A stretch of DNA of 64,000 nucleotides. Source: Raillietiella orientalis (Eukaryota). The stretch's first letter is position 1. Every line of letters begins with the position of its first letter. The notes below the pieces were generated by a model. The model saw only the letters and a list, made by a program, of their open reading frames with translations. It was not told where the DNA came from and made no database searches. Where the stretch lies: assembly GCA_036172245.1 (NCBI GenBank), contig JAYWIR010000022.1:496001-560000 (forward strand), in the 5' to 3' direction. A program made the translations under genes and the position numbers. Shown here one piece after another: positions 1 to 11,821 of the stretch.

Positions 1-3000
1 CACTTCTGGAGCAAAATCACTTATGTGCTGTTTTTCTTTTTCAAGTGCTGCATTGGAAACAAACATGGGAAAATAACAGTTCTGAACCTCCATAAGGTTA
101 AGTTTTGCATCAAAGAAGTTCTTAATAACATCCCAAATTGCATATGCCCAAGGCCTTAGGATGTAGCAGCCACTCACATCATAATATTCAATCATTTCAC
201 CTTTGGTTATCACTTGTGAATACCATTCTGCAAAGTTACTATGCTTTGCTGCTTCTAGTCCCAGACGTGTCTGCTTTTTGGTTAGTGAGGTTGCATTTGA
301 CTTGCTGTTCTTTGATAATGGAGACTTAGCATTATCAACTTGTTTGTCTGATACAGATTCAGTACTTTTACAATGAGTTGTCTTGCTTTTTGGTGATCTG
401 GAAACCTGCTCTGTTTGCTTCTGTTTGCCTCCCTTTTTTAAAGTCTCTTCTTTTTTGATTTCCAGCTTTTTCTCTTTTGAAATCTCTTCTTTTTTGATTT
501 CCACTTTTTTCTCTTTTAAAATCTCTTCTTTTTTGATTTCCACCTTTTTCTCTTTTAAAGTCTCTTCTTTTTTGATTTCCACCTAACAAAAAAAGTATTC
601 ATTTATGAATGAATCTATGTCAAACTTAATCATCATAATATAATGAAAACAAAGATTTTTATCCAATTTCTTTTGCTGATACGATGTGTTGATGGGAAAT
701 ATGTTAAGACAGAGAAGTAATAGAAATACAATCTGGAAACAATACATAAATGATGTGATGAGAACCAGAATGTGTCAAGATTTTTCACATAAAATATGAT
801 CACAGAATAGAATTTGTGTAAGAAAAAGGAAATGCTTTGAAACTAAGCATCCAAAAGCACACACAAACAATTGAAAAATAGATCACTTTACTGAGAACAA
901 TTGCAACAAAATATGGAAACTTTGCATATGTGACAGAATCAAAATGCTGATTAACTGACACAATGGCAACAATTTGTGGGCAGCATGGTATGTCAAGATC
1001 CATTTTGTTAGATGATTATGAAAACAACATGAATCTGAACAAAATCATAAACAAGGTGAACACACACACTTTGTGTTATTTGGTGAATACAGAGTAAATA
1101 AATGAAGAATTATACGATACAAAATAAGCATTTATGAAGAACTTGTATAAGGCTATACATTTGTTGACCTTATCAAATTGAATCACAAAGAATCCTACAT
1201 ATATTGTGAAAGGTTTTTTGGGAAAATTCAACATATAATGCTTACCAATAAATCAGTTCTTTCACACCTTACTCTACTTCTGCATATAACAATTCTAGTA
1301 GGCACAATATTTTCACTGATACATCCATTCCACAATTTATTTCATGCATCAAAAACACATGCAGTAGAATGCACAGCAAGACAAAATGCATACTGTACTC
1401 ACATCCTTAAAATTTTGCCCCAGCATAATTTTCTCAATAACCAATAAGGTGGATTTGGTGCCATCGGGAATTGCAATCAATTGTAAAGGATCTTCGAGCC
1501 ACGTATATTTGCTGCAAGTACACAAATTGTTTGACTTAAAACTAATGTTAGATAAGTAAGAAATCTTTTAAAATTACTACGTGAATATCGGAAGGGCACT
1601 CTAACCTTGTCTGAGAAACTACTATAACATAGTGTAAACTAATATTTTGCAAGAAACTATTCAAAACAATTATAATATTTACATGACCACTAATCTTATT
1701 ATTAAAGATACCTGGGTTGCTTGTAAGGTGATTCACAGATAAAATAACCACGCCGTTGCAGTTGAATAATGTCACCTTTGCATAATGTAGTCATTGCTGA
1801 CTCCACTAAAACAGGCAGCTCAAAATGTGACTGATGGTCAACAAATTGCTTAAAATCTTCATCCTTGGCCAATACTGCTTTGCTAATGATAGCTGTATAA
1901 TAATGTAAGGTGCAAGGAATGGGACAAACTCTTGATCCAATAGGTAACCATGTAAGCTTCAGAGTTTTTTTATAATTCTTGTCATCAAGATTTGCTTGCA
2001 AAATAATTTTTGTGATCACTTCTTCTACCCTTTAAATCTATGAATATGATTTTGTTCATATGCTACGTACTTTTGTATGTGATGCACTAACATATTTCCC
2101 CAGCCAATCAGAGTAACATTTTCACCTTGGATTACTAATTTAGCATCTTCTTGTTCTAATAACACCTGCGAAGATAACCATACTTTCTTGGATCCAACAT
2201 CTGCATTTTTTGGATGAAGAGCCATTTCTATTTCCTTTTCTTCAATTCCAATGATTTCTACTGGTACATGATACTGAGCATCAATAGCAGTATAGCGAGG
2301 AGCTACTGGATCAATAATCTACCAAAATACGTAACGAATTCTATTGGTATGCTATAAACATCAAAAGATGTTTTAAGGTGGATACCTTTTTATTGAAGGC
2401 CCATATTTTATCCCAATCCATTGCCACAACAGAACGAGATGATCCTTGAGCTAAAATAAACTGCTTCAATCCATCCACAGTCATTCCCTGTCTCAAAATT
2501 CCTCTGACTGTTGGGAAACGAGGATCATCCCTAAAACGATTATCATTTATTGATCAAATAAAAAATGCATGCTAGCATTAGCTACCAGCCATCAACCAAG
2601 CCTTTCTCCACAAACCAGGTGAGTTTACGCTTGGAAAGTACTGTGTGCATCATGTTGAGTCTGCTATACTCATAAATATAAGGCTTCCGTAAGTTCAGGG
2701 TTTCCAAAATCCAATAATACTGCTCATCTCGATCATGGTATTCAGTGGTTCGAAGTGCGTGAGTGACCCCTTCTAGACTATCTACTATTGGACAGGCAAA
2801 ATCATAGATAGGATATACTCTAATAAAACATAAATCAGAATTCGATGTGTATATGTATTCTCATACTTATGTTTGTGTCCAGTACGTGGATGGGGAACAT
2901 TCTTGCATCTATATATAGTGGGATCTCTCATGCATCCATTTGGAGACTGCATGTTGATTTTTACTCTAACACAAAAGTTCTGTCCTTTCTCACTCCCCAG

Positions 3001-4814
3001 TTTCATTTGCTCCCAAATTTCCAAATTGTATTTTACATCTTACAAGAACACACACTAACTTTTTGCAAGAGTAGCACCTTACCATTAGCTCTATTTCTGG
3101 ATTCCACTTTTTGTTCACGCTCTTGTTTCATCACTTCAGCATTTGTGTCATCTACATATGCTTTTCCTTCTTCAAGAAGTAGAGTGGCATAATGTAAAAG
3201 CTGATCAAAAAAGTCAGATGTAAAAGAAAATGAATCTGGTTGAATGTTTAACAGCTTCAGATCTTCTAAAATAACCTACAATAATGTATTTAATTGCACT
3301 GCACATGACATGGATGCCTACTTTTTCAAATTCTGCATTCTCTTTGTCCGGATTTGTATCATCGAATCGCATGATTAGTTTCCCTTCAAAAAACTGCTGA
3401 TAAAACTGATTAAGCAATGCAGCTTTTGCATGTCCAATGTGCAAATATCCACTGGCTTCAGGAGGAAAACGAACCACAACTTTGCCTTTCTCTGCATGAG
3501 GTAATGCAACAAATTTTCCTTCTTCTTTCACTTGTTGGTCCTGCTTCAATGTTTCTTTTTTAACATTCTGTTTCTTTTTTTCATTGAGTTTTTCACACTT
3601 TTTGTTTTGCTTCTCATGATTCTCAACAAGGCTCATATTTCTTTCAGGTGATATCCCTTTTTGCAAAACTGTCATCCAGTTTTTGAAAGTGCATTTTACA
3701 CATTGCTGCTCAGCTATAAATTTATACCAACGATGTATATGAAGAAATGTGTCTGTCTTTTCCAGCTTGGTCCATTCTGGAATGGCTTGACGACTTCACT
3801 GAGAGCATTTGATCAATAATGATACTTACAATTTAAGGCTGCCCAAACGTTTAAGTCAGCTATTGTCACTGTATATCCAACAAGAACAGAGCGAAACTGT
3901 AGACATCTATTAATGTACTCCAAACTACCTTTAATTTTACTTGGTTTCAACAGCTCTGTTTGAATAAATGTCAGCCAGTGATCAACCTGAAAATGCCAAT
4001 TAATTACCAAATGCATTTGAAGAACCACAAAAAAAAAGAATCAATGAACAAAAGAATCAAAGAATCAATCAATGTTGCTCAGCATGTTGTTTTTTTTCTA
4101 GATATTCAAAATGAGAGGAACAAGAAAATCAAGAGGTGAGAAATCAACAATTTTGAAAATCATTGTGATCTTTTCATCATACTGCAGTAACATAACTGAA
4201 TAAATTTGAATTCATTCATAAAATACAATTAAAATACATCATCTAACATAAGCATAATTTTAGAAAACACATTTTCGTACTTTTTTCAAACGTACCACTC
4301 CATAAGCATTCAAAAACAGAAAACTGAATAAACTTAAACTAAACCAATAGTAAAAGTTTTCCTATTCACTATTTAGGTATTAACAATGTTTAGCATGTAT
4401 GAGAAACTCAAATATACATCTGCAAAAATTTCCTTAAATACCTCAGTTTTGAGTAAGTCTGTTGAGCCATAGAGAGCTAATCTTGGAAAAATTTTTGCCA
4501 AGAATCGTGAAATAGAATATACATCTTTTAATTTAATTTCTGGAGATACTTCTAGCTCAGTGTGCTCATCCCAATGAATATCCACCAATGTTGGCTCTCT
4601 GACAAACTCTGCAGCTAACAAGGCACCTAAATTACAAAAGTTACACTCCTACTTTGAAATGAGATAAATAACTTAAAGAGAGGAAATAATAAAACGTAAA
4701 ACGATTGCTACTTTCGTATCGTATTTAACTTAGCGGCACACTGTGTGTAACTAACATTTGCAAGGAATACTCACCTAAGGGTGGTTCGTTTCTATTGCAT
4801 ATCAGTTTGTACAT
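1..4814 (-). CDS. EPRS: Bifunctional glutamyl-prolyl-tRNA synthetase (multi-exon, 3' part runs off the window start)
   Basis: Exon 1 4814-4775 ([14 protein letters not shown], donor GTGAGT), exon 2 4626-4442 (ALLAAEF...), exon 3 3986-3830 (VDHWLTF..., GST-like N-domain). GluRS core has [19 protein letters not shown] (HIGH), [10 protein letters not shown], a [17 protein letters not shown]-type motif and [10 protein letters not shown]. After a linker the ProRS domain starts: [12 protein letters not shown]...[31 protein letters not shown]...NCYFPMFVS...DFAPEV (about 280 to 1). The introns I checked are GT-AG with compatible phases. Confidence 0.96.
432..582 (-). repeat. Coding 39-bp tandem repeat (about 4 units) in the EPRS inter-synthetase linker
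   Basis: Unit GTGGAAATCAAAAAAGAAGAGA(C/T)TT(T/C)AAAAGAGAAAAA(G/A). In the frame continuous with ProRS it reads [50 protein letters not shown]. Confidence 0.93.
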
Positions 4815-7800
4815 GGTTAAAATGATTATGCCTGCAGATTTACTTTTTGTATCTCAATTCACGTGATGAATCTAAACCTACAGTAACAGAAGATTATACA
4901 CATTACTTACATGGACACAAATGAGCATGAAGTAGAGAACTTTAAAGCCCACTTCAAAACACAAAATACAATTTTATAGCTAATAAATGTTGCGGCACGT
5001 GAATCATGGTTTAACAAAAACGACGCAAGACATTCAAAATTTGCTTTCATGCAAACACCACGATTTCTGTAAATCTACCGAAATGAAAGATCAGTTTTGA
5101 ATCGCCAAACAATTTTGCAATTTTTGCTATTTCATATACTGCTTGAGATTTGTACTTTTCGGACTGTTACAGTCAGTTACTATAAGTTCACATGTTACAT
5201 CCACTCTGCATTCATTACTAAAAGTTCTCCATAACCTCAATTTCTACTGTTCTCTACAGACTCTTGAAATCACTAGAAAAAGAACTTTTTGAGGGAGGGG
5301 ATGCTTCTACAACGATTTTGCTTATGTTTCGGACTTTGTTCACATGGCAATCTATTTAAGATAGTTATGCACGAAAGGAGATAAACAGTTCTAGTCATCG
5401 TCCGTATTCGAGTGTATCGTCCCCTTTTCATCCATATTGAGGTGAACTGATGATGCTGTTTGTGATTCCATTTTATTTTAGTGAAACTATAAGTATGTCA
5501 AATGAAGACCACATTACACAGCTAGGTTACCTTAGGTTACCTAAGTCATCTGCGGGGAGTAGCCTAAATCATGAAAAATGTAACAAACAGTAAAAGATTC
5601 ATGGTACAGATAATCTATTTAAATTAATGGGAAGATGAGAACCCCAACATTTTTTCCGACCCTTTCAGTTTTCTCAGATTCTTTTTCTGCTGTACTGCAG
5701 TTTCTTTGCTCCCTTGATGTTACTGACCAATGTATAATTACAACCTATTCCAGTCTTGGAATTAAAAGTGATTACATTCGACTAAAAACCAGGTTCTTAA
5801 TAATCACTGTTTTAAGAAAAAGAATTGTACTGGGTAGAAATAATGTCTCATGATTCAGCAAGCTAGTCTGCATACTTATTCCTTCATACGAAATACATCA
5901 AGAACTCTTACAAGTGTTGATAACAACAATGTTCTAATCTACCGCGAAGTCTACGTTAACTTCATCACTGTGTGAGCTAAACTGCTTCTGGAATCCAAAC
6001 AATAGCCAATCATATAATGAGGTATATTTACTTATAGACTACTTTTGAGCTTGAACCTTCCCCATAATTGCTGCAACAGTTTTGGTAGGAATACTGATGT
6101 CAAGTCATTATCCTGCCTAGGTTCTTATCTGCCACACTGCACGTAGAATATACCAATGAATGACATTGTCTGTACCATTCTACACCCATGTCAATCAGAT
6201 GAATTGACCCGTGAACTAATAGTAACAATAGGATTTTTCCAAAACTTCTCCACAAGGACATTCAAGATATTATTTTAAATTAGGTTTTCAAAGAAAAGAT
6301 CATACTATGGTTCTTAAGGAAGGAACAATGCTTCTCAATTCTAGAATCCAAAGCGGCAAAAAATTACCAAGATTCTTACTTTTTAGTCCCCAAGCAATTG
6401 AAAGAAAATGCAAAAGAATGCTGAATAGTTTAAAAAAAAAGAAAACTAGAAAATTCAACAAGCAGACTGACTGATATGTATTGAAATTTTATCATACTTC
6501 TTATAAGCATGCAATGTCCAAATGAGGAGACATAACAAGACTTTTCACATTTATTCTTTTCATCTAAGACAAGCAATTTCCAACATTACATTAACTTGCA
6601 TCTCATACGCAAGTTAGTATATGTTAGTATACAAGTTAGACATACAAGTTAGTATCACACGAAAACTTGTATTTATTTTTTGTAACTTCCATACTCTGAT
6701 CCACATAACCGGAAGAGAAAAAAATAATGCTCTATGAATTATAAAATAACCAGCGACAGAATGCCAACAAACAAGGTTAACTGATTCAGAATTGTACACA
6801 GATGAAATGGAAAATATTTAGTCTTGTTAGACATGTCTTGTTTGGTTGATTGGTGTGTGCTAACCGAACCAAACACTCAGTAGCTACTTCATGGTGATTT
6901 ATAAATAAGGATATTTGTTGACATTCTTCATCTCGAATTATTGAATAAAAAGGCCTCGAATGAAGGAACAGGGATAACTTGTTTGGGGAAGTCTTTAGGA
7001 CTTAAGGGAAATTCATAATAATCCAATATTTGTGTCTGATTTGTGAAATTATGCGGGAAGCTGAAATCAATTAAATAGTGATGGGTTGCTTGCGATATGA
7101 AGACTGCCCTTAGAATGTATGGAACTTTATGCAATTTAGAAATAATCTAAGTTAATTAAAACTTACTACTGCCAAGTGTCAGAAAATCTCGAAGATTTTC
7201 AGTAATTTTTAAGAATTGATCCTCTAGCAGATATTCCTCAAAAATAATGGAAAGAAAGGAATATGGTTTTCGGTGAAAGGTAAAGACTGGAGAGATAAGG
7301 AAAGAGGTAGATTTCTTTTCGTAAATGAAAAAAGGAATGATTCAGAGCAATGTATGGGTTCAGTATCAGCTTCAAAGTTTTCTGTATTCATTCCCTAATC
7401 ATAGAGACAATTCCTTAATCATAGACAACTGCCAGCGGGATAATTTTAAGTAGAGAAATAAAATTTTGCAAAGGATTACTGCAATTAATTAATAAATTTA
7501 ATTAATTGTAATAGTAGCAATCACAGGATTAACAACAACATAATCAAACCCAGGACTTATCGAGAACTTATTGTACTCGGTTCATTTTGCAGTGACGAAA
7601 ATGTGAATTCGAAGTAGCTTCTAATTGCTACTTAAATGGTCGAATAATTCGATCTCCGATGAAAATATTCAACCTCGATTCAAAAACTATTCTATATCAC
7701 TCAGATTTGATTAAATGACTCTTACTGATCCATAAAACATTCTAAAGTTACTGTTTGTTGCATATTGATCCAATTTTCTCTTTTATTTGAAGTACTATGG

Positions 7801-8048
7801 AATGAATTGGAATTATGATAATACTTGCATACGCACACAATACACGCGCATACGGCAGTTTTTGGATTTACTTACGAAATTTAAATTATGAAGTAAACTT
7901 GCAATTCTTCATATTATATAGAAGGCAAGATATGTGCTGTTAAACCTTGGTAATGCAAATCAATTTGGCGGGAAGCTGAAAATGTTTTAACATTTTATTG
8001 CGCCCGGGGACTTTGATGTTTTGACTCGGTGACTTGAGTTTACGAGTT
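4815..8048. promoter_or_regulatory. Head-to-head intergenic region between EPRS and BRCA1 with CpG-enriched proximal promoters
   Basis: Divergent ATGs at 4814 (-) and 8049 (+). CpG is visibly denser at about 4690-5450 and 7550-8100 than in the flanking gene bodies. CACGTG E-boxes lie at about 4860 and 4997. Transcription starts are not determined. Confidence 0.5.
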
Positions 8049-11000
8049 ATGGATGTAGAATCTGCGAATTCGTTGATACACATCTGCCGGTCTTTAATTA
8101 AATCAATAGGATGTGTCATATGGTAAGTTGCGAAATCAAATGGCCATGTCCAGTTGATAATTTTAGTTTGGAAGTTGTTCAGTTCCCTCTTGTGACCAAA
8201 TGCGGCCATCTTCTGTGCAAAGTTTGTGTTCAGAAATACAATGAAAGGGGATATGTCACATGTCCTGTTTGCAAATCGAAAATTCATCGAAGAAGCCTTC
8301 AAAACAGCGATCCTTTTAATCATTTGGTCCAAGCTGTTGAACATTTGGTAAATTGTATATCAGAAGAGAGTGGTATTGAACTTAAAGAACAGTGTAGTAT
8401 GTAAAAGAATGTAGCATTTGGTTTTCATATCGAAGTAATGTGGTTTCAGATCTCACAACCAAAAACTTGAAGAGGAAAGTTCCATTACCATCTGAGAAAC
8501 ATGTTACAAAATTGTTGAATGCATCAAAGAATACTAAAAATTCGGATCTAAACGAGGAGCCGATCATTCAGAAAACAGATGAAGTGGAATCAAAACTGAA
8601 TTTAAGCAATACCATATGTAAAGTCGCAAAAGAAAATTTGCATGAGAACCAGACCATTTCCAAACATGAAACAAATGTTAATAAGGGGAGGTCTCGAACA
8701 TATTGTAATACATTGCGAAAGAGACTATCTGCAGAAAGAGAATGCCGAGTTCTGACAACCTCAAAAATAAATATCAAAGAAAATCAAACAAAGACTGCAG
8801 TCTCTTTTCAGGAAATCCCTTGCAATGGAGGAAAGCATCATGTGATCCATACTTCGGATGAAATTTCAGATATCATACATAGTCCAAAGCGGATAAAGAA
8901 AACATACATCAATAAATCATCGAAAGAATCAATAAGTTCTGAATTCATGGAAAATACTATGAAAAGGGATGTTTGGAAGAACTCAAAAAAGACAAAATCA
9001 AGAAAAGATTGTAAAGAAAATCAGAAGACTGATTTTTTAACAGCTGAAGGCTTTGGAGACAACAGGAAAAATTCAGGAACCACTTATGCGATGGAAAATT
9101 CTGGATCTAATGCTGAGGTGGATCTTCAGGAAAAGACCCTATCCAACTTTTCCAAAAGCTCTGTAAGCAATTGTGAGTCTTTGGAGGAAGAGGATTCTCT
9201 TACTCAGAATGGAGAATGTTTCTCGTTGGTTTCTTCTTTGGGAAGCTTTGTATCCGAACAAGGAAATAGAGAAATGCTTCAGACCAAGGAAGAGTCATTG
9301 AGTTTATCAACACCTATACAAACCAATGCAAGAAAAAGTGTTTTTCCATTCATCTATAGTGCAAAAGACGATCCACAACAAATGCCTTATATTAACACTA
9401 AAAATGGATTACAAATGGCAGCTTTGCCCTCTTGTCGTGTTCCCTTTTTTTTTCCAAACAAAATGAATTCCTTTTTGTTTTCTTTAAGTACTCATGAAAG
9501 AAGAAAAATACCATTTTTCCGTTCAGGACGGATTGTTAAGCCAAAACGAACATGCCATATTCGCTTCCTGCTGCTTTCTCCCCTAAGTGGAAGGTGACAC
9601 TAACTAACTGCAAAGTGTTTATAATGCTTGTTACAGAGATCAGCAGCTTGCAAAAGATATGGAAGTTGAATGCAATCTTTTGAATCATCATGATGTGTGT
9701 GCTGGAACAAAAAGGAATCCTATGGTATATTTAGATGCACGAGGTAAGACAAAATGATCAGTGAAAGTTGTAACTTATAACATTCTAGAAGCACTCAACG
9801 AGAAGTCTGTCCAGACACTCCATTCATCTCAAGAAAGTATACTCTTCAAAAAAGTTCCACCATTAGTGAAAACATCTGATAAATCTATTGATGAATGTGA
9901 GAAAGGGACTGTAGATCAACAGTTGTGTTTGGCATGTATGTGAATGCAAATTAACTGCTGCAGTGACTGACAGTGAGCATGTTGAAAAGCAACTGGTATA
10001 AGCAAATGCATTGCAGGTGTATCTTGTGAAGAACCTCCTGACAAGACAACAAACAATGATATGCAGGAAATCAGCACACTTCATCAAGCTTGTATTGTTG
10101 AAAGACTGTCAGCAGAAGCATATCAATCAACATGCAGTGAAAACTCTGTATCAGTGCTTATACATCATGAAGAAGAGAAATTGGAATCTTCATCCTTTTT
10201 TCATTCATCAATTCCTGAACAAATACATGATAAACTGGAAGATGCAGAAACCCAATGCTCTCCATTGGTTCCAACAGAGAAAAATAATGTAGATGGAGAT
10301 ATGCTCAGCTTATCACACACATCATTGGTAATGTTCTCATAGAAAAAAATAGATGGAATAACGATTATTTACAGGATCTTTCTGGGGAATCGAATCACCA
10401 ACATGTTGACAGTGTAGTAAACAAAGACAAGGAATCAGTCTTGTGTTCAGATCAGGTGTCTTCCCACATTCTAGAAGATACGCCAGATGTTCAGTCATCA
10501 GAAAGAGATGTAGCTAGAACATGCAACTCAGCATTTGATAATGAGTCTGAGCAAACTAAGTTGTTGGAACAAATGCTAGTAGGTAGCACTGTTAGCACTA
10601 CCCACATACTTGTGTGTAGATCAATCAACCAAGTGTCATGCCAACTGAGTCACCCATCCCATCTTCTTACCCAGCTGCACCTTCACAGAGTCTGCTATTT
10701 TTGGACAAAAGACAAGCCAAAGTTAATGACTGTGAAACTTCCAAACAGTATTTGATTGACTCTCCTCCATTGTTGTCACAATTGAGTATTACACATACCA
10801 TGAAAGATGACCAAGATGATCTTTTTTGGTAAATTGACATTGAAATGGATGGTTTATTGCTGTTTTATTAATCTCTTATAAAGCTCCCCTTTGCTATTGG
10901 ACATCTGCCCACCCAAGGCTCAGCTGTATCTCCTATGCACAGGCTTGGTGGCTTATGAGATGCATGAAGTATGTAAGTCTCAAATAGCCTCTTACTGTTT

Positions 11001-11821
11001 CTTTTTCAGGTCCACAAGTTTGCTCAGTTGTTCCATGCAGATGTGTTGACTTCTGCTACGCCTTGTTTGACTCACGTGATTGTTAAACATCATGCAGATC
11101 TAATTGCAGAGAGAACATTGAAATACCTGTTTGGATTAGCAATGAGTAAATGGGTTGTCAGCATTCAGTGGATTCATGATTGTTTGAAAAAGGAAAAGCT
11201 GTTGGATGAGGTAAGCAGCTCAAGATGAACAGAGACTATATGTGTATCTAGGGTCCTTATGAGATGGTGGATGTGTCTGGCTTTCCAGGACCTAGAGAAG
11301 CACGCTTGCACCCTCGAAAAATTTTCTCTGGTTTTGAATTTTGTTGTTTAGGCCCCCTAGAATCTTCCATGCCAATGTTCCAGTTGCAGGTCTTGTAATT
11401 GCAAGTACATTTCCCCAACTACTTTTGATTTTTCAGGAACTGATTATTCTATGTGGTGGTGTGCCACTTACATCTCCTGACATGTTTTCTTTTGAGCCAA
11501 CCACTGTGTCCCTAATTGTTGCTAGTGATATTCCCAATGAGCATCCCAGTCCACTTATGATGAGTATGTTTTTTTTTTCTTTCTTTCTTTTTTTTTTTTT
11601 TTTGCAAAGATCAGTATACTGCAGAGAGCCTCTTTTTAATAGATTGGTGGCATCAGTATAAGGTGTTGTCTGTAGGCTACTACTGGATAATTGAATGCAT
11701 TGGTTTACAGCAGCTGGTATCTGTGATTGATTATTTATTATTTGCTGTGGACATTGTTGAACTTAATGCCCTAAGTTTACCTGAGGGTATGTTGCAAGTG
11801 CCAAAATATGAATTTACTTAA
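8049..11821 (+). CDS. BRCA1: BRCA1 orthologue (N-terminal C3HC4 RING, long Ser/Lys/Glu-rich middle, C-terminal tandem BRCT); multi-exon
   Basis: Exon 1 8049-8122 MDVESANSLIHICRSLIKSIGCVIC, a 44-nt intron, then LEVVQFPLVTKCGHLLCKVC...CPVCKSKIHRRSLQ (cf. human [24 protein letters not shown]...CPLCK...KRSLQ). Large exon about 8449-9592. BRCT1 reads LYLLCTGL...VHKFAQ...THVIVK...AERTLKYLFGLAMSKWVVSIQWI, linker GPREARLHPRKIFSG, BRCT2 ELIILCGG...WIIECI. Stop TAA 11819-11821. Confidence 0.93.

Noticed and set aside
432..582. Tandem repeat as a CRISPR-like array
   Set aside because: No unique spacers; it is a head-to-tail coding repeat in a eukaryotic exon.
368..589. ORF-track peptides [15 protein letters not shown]... 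(-) and [10 protein letters not shown]... (+) as separate repeat proteins
   Set aside because: These are alternative frames of the 39-bp repeat; the frame continuous with the splice acceptor and ProRS is VEIKKEE...
5521..5546. TAGGTTACCTTAGGTTACCTAAG telomere-like/palindromic motif
   Set aside because: Only two units; not a telomeric array.
7940..8344. 134-aa minus-strand ORF overlapping BRCA1 exons 1-2
   Set aside because: Antisense shadow of the RING exons with no recognisable domain.
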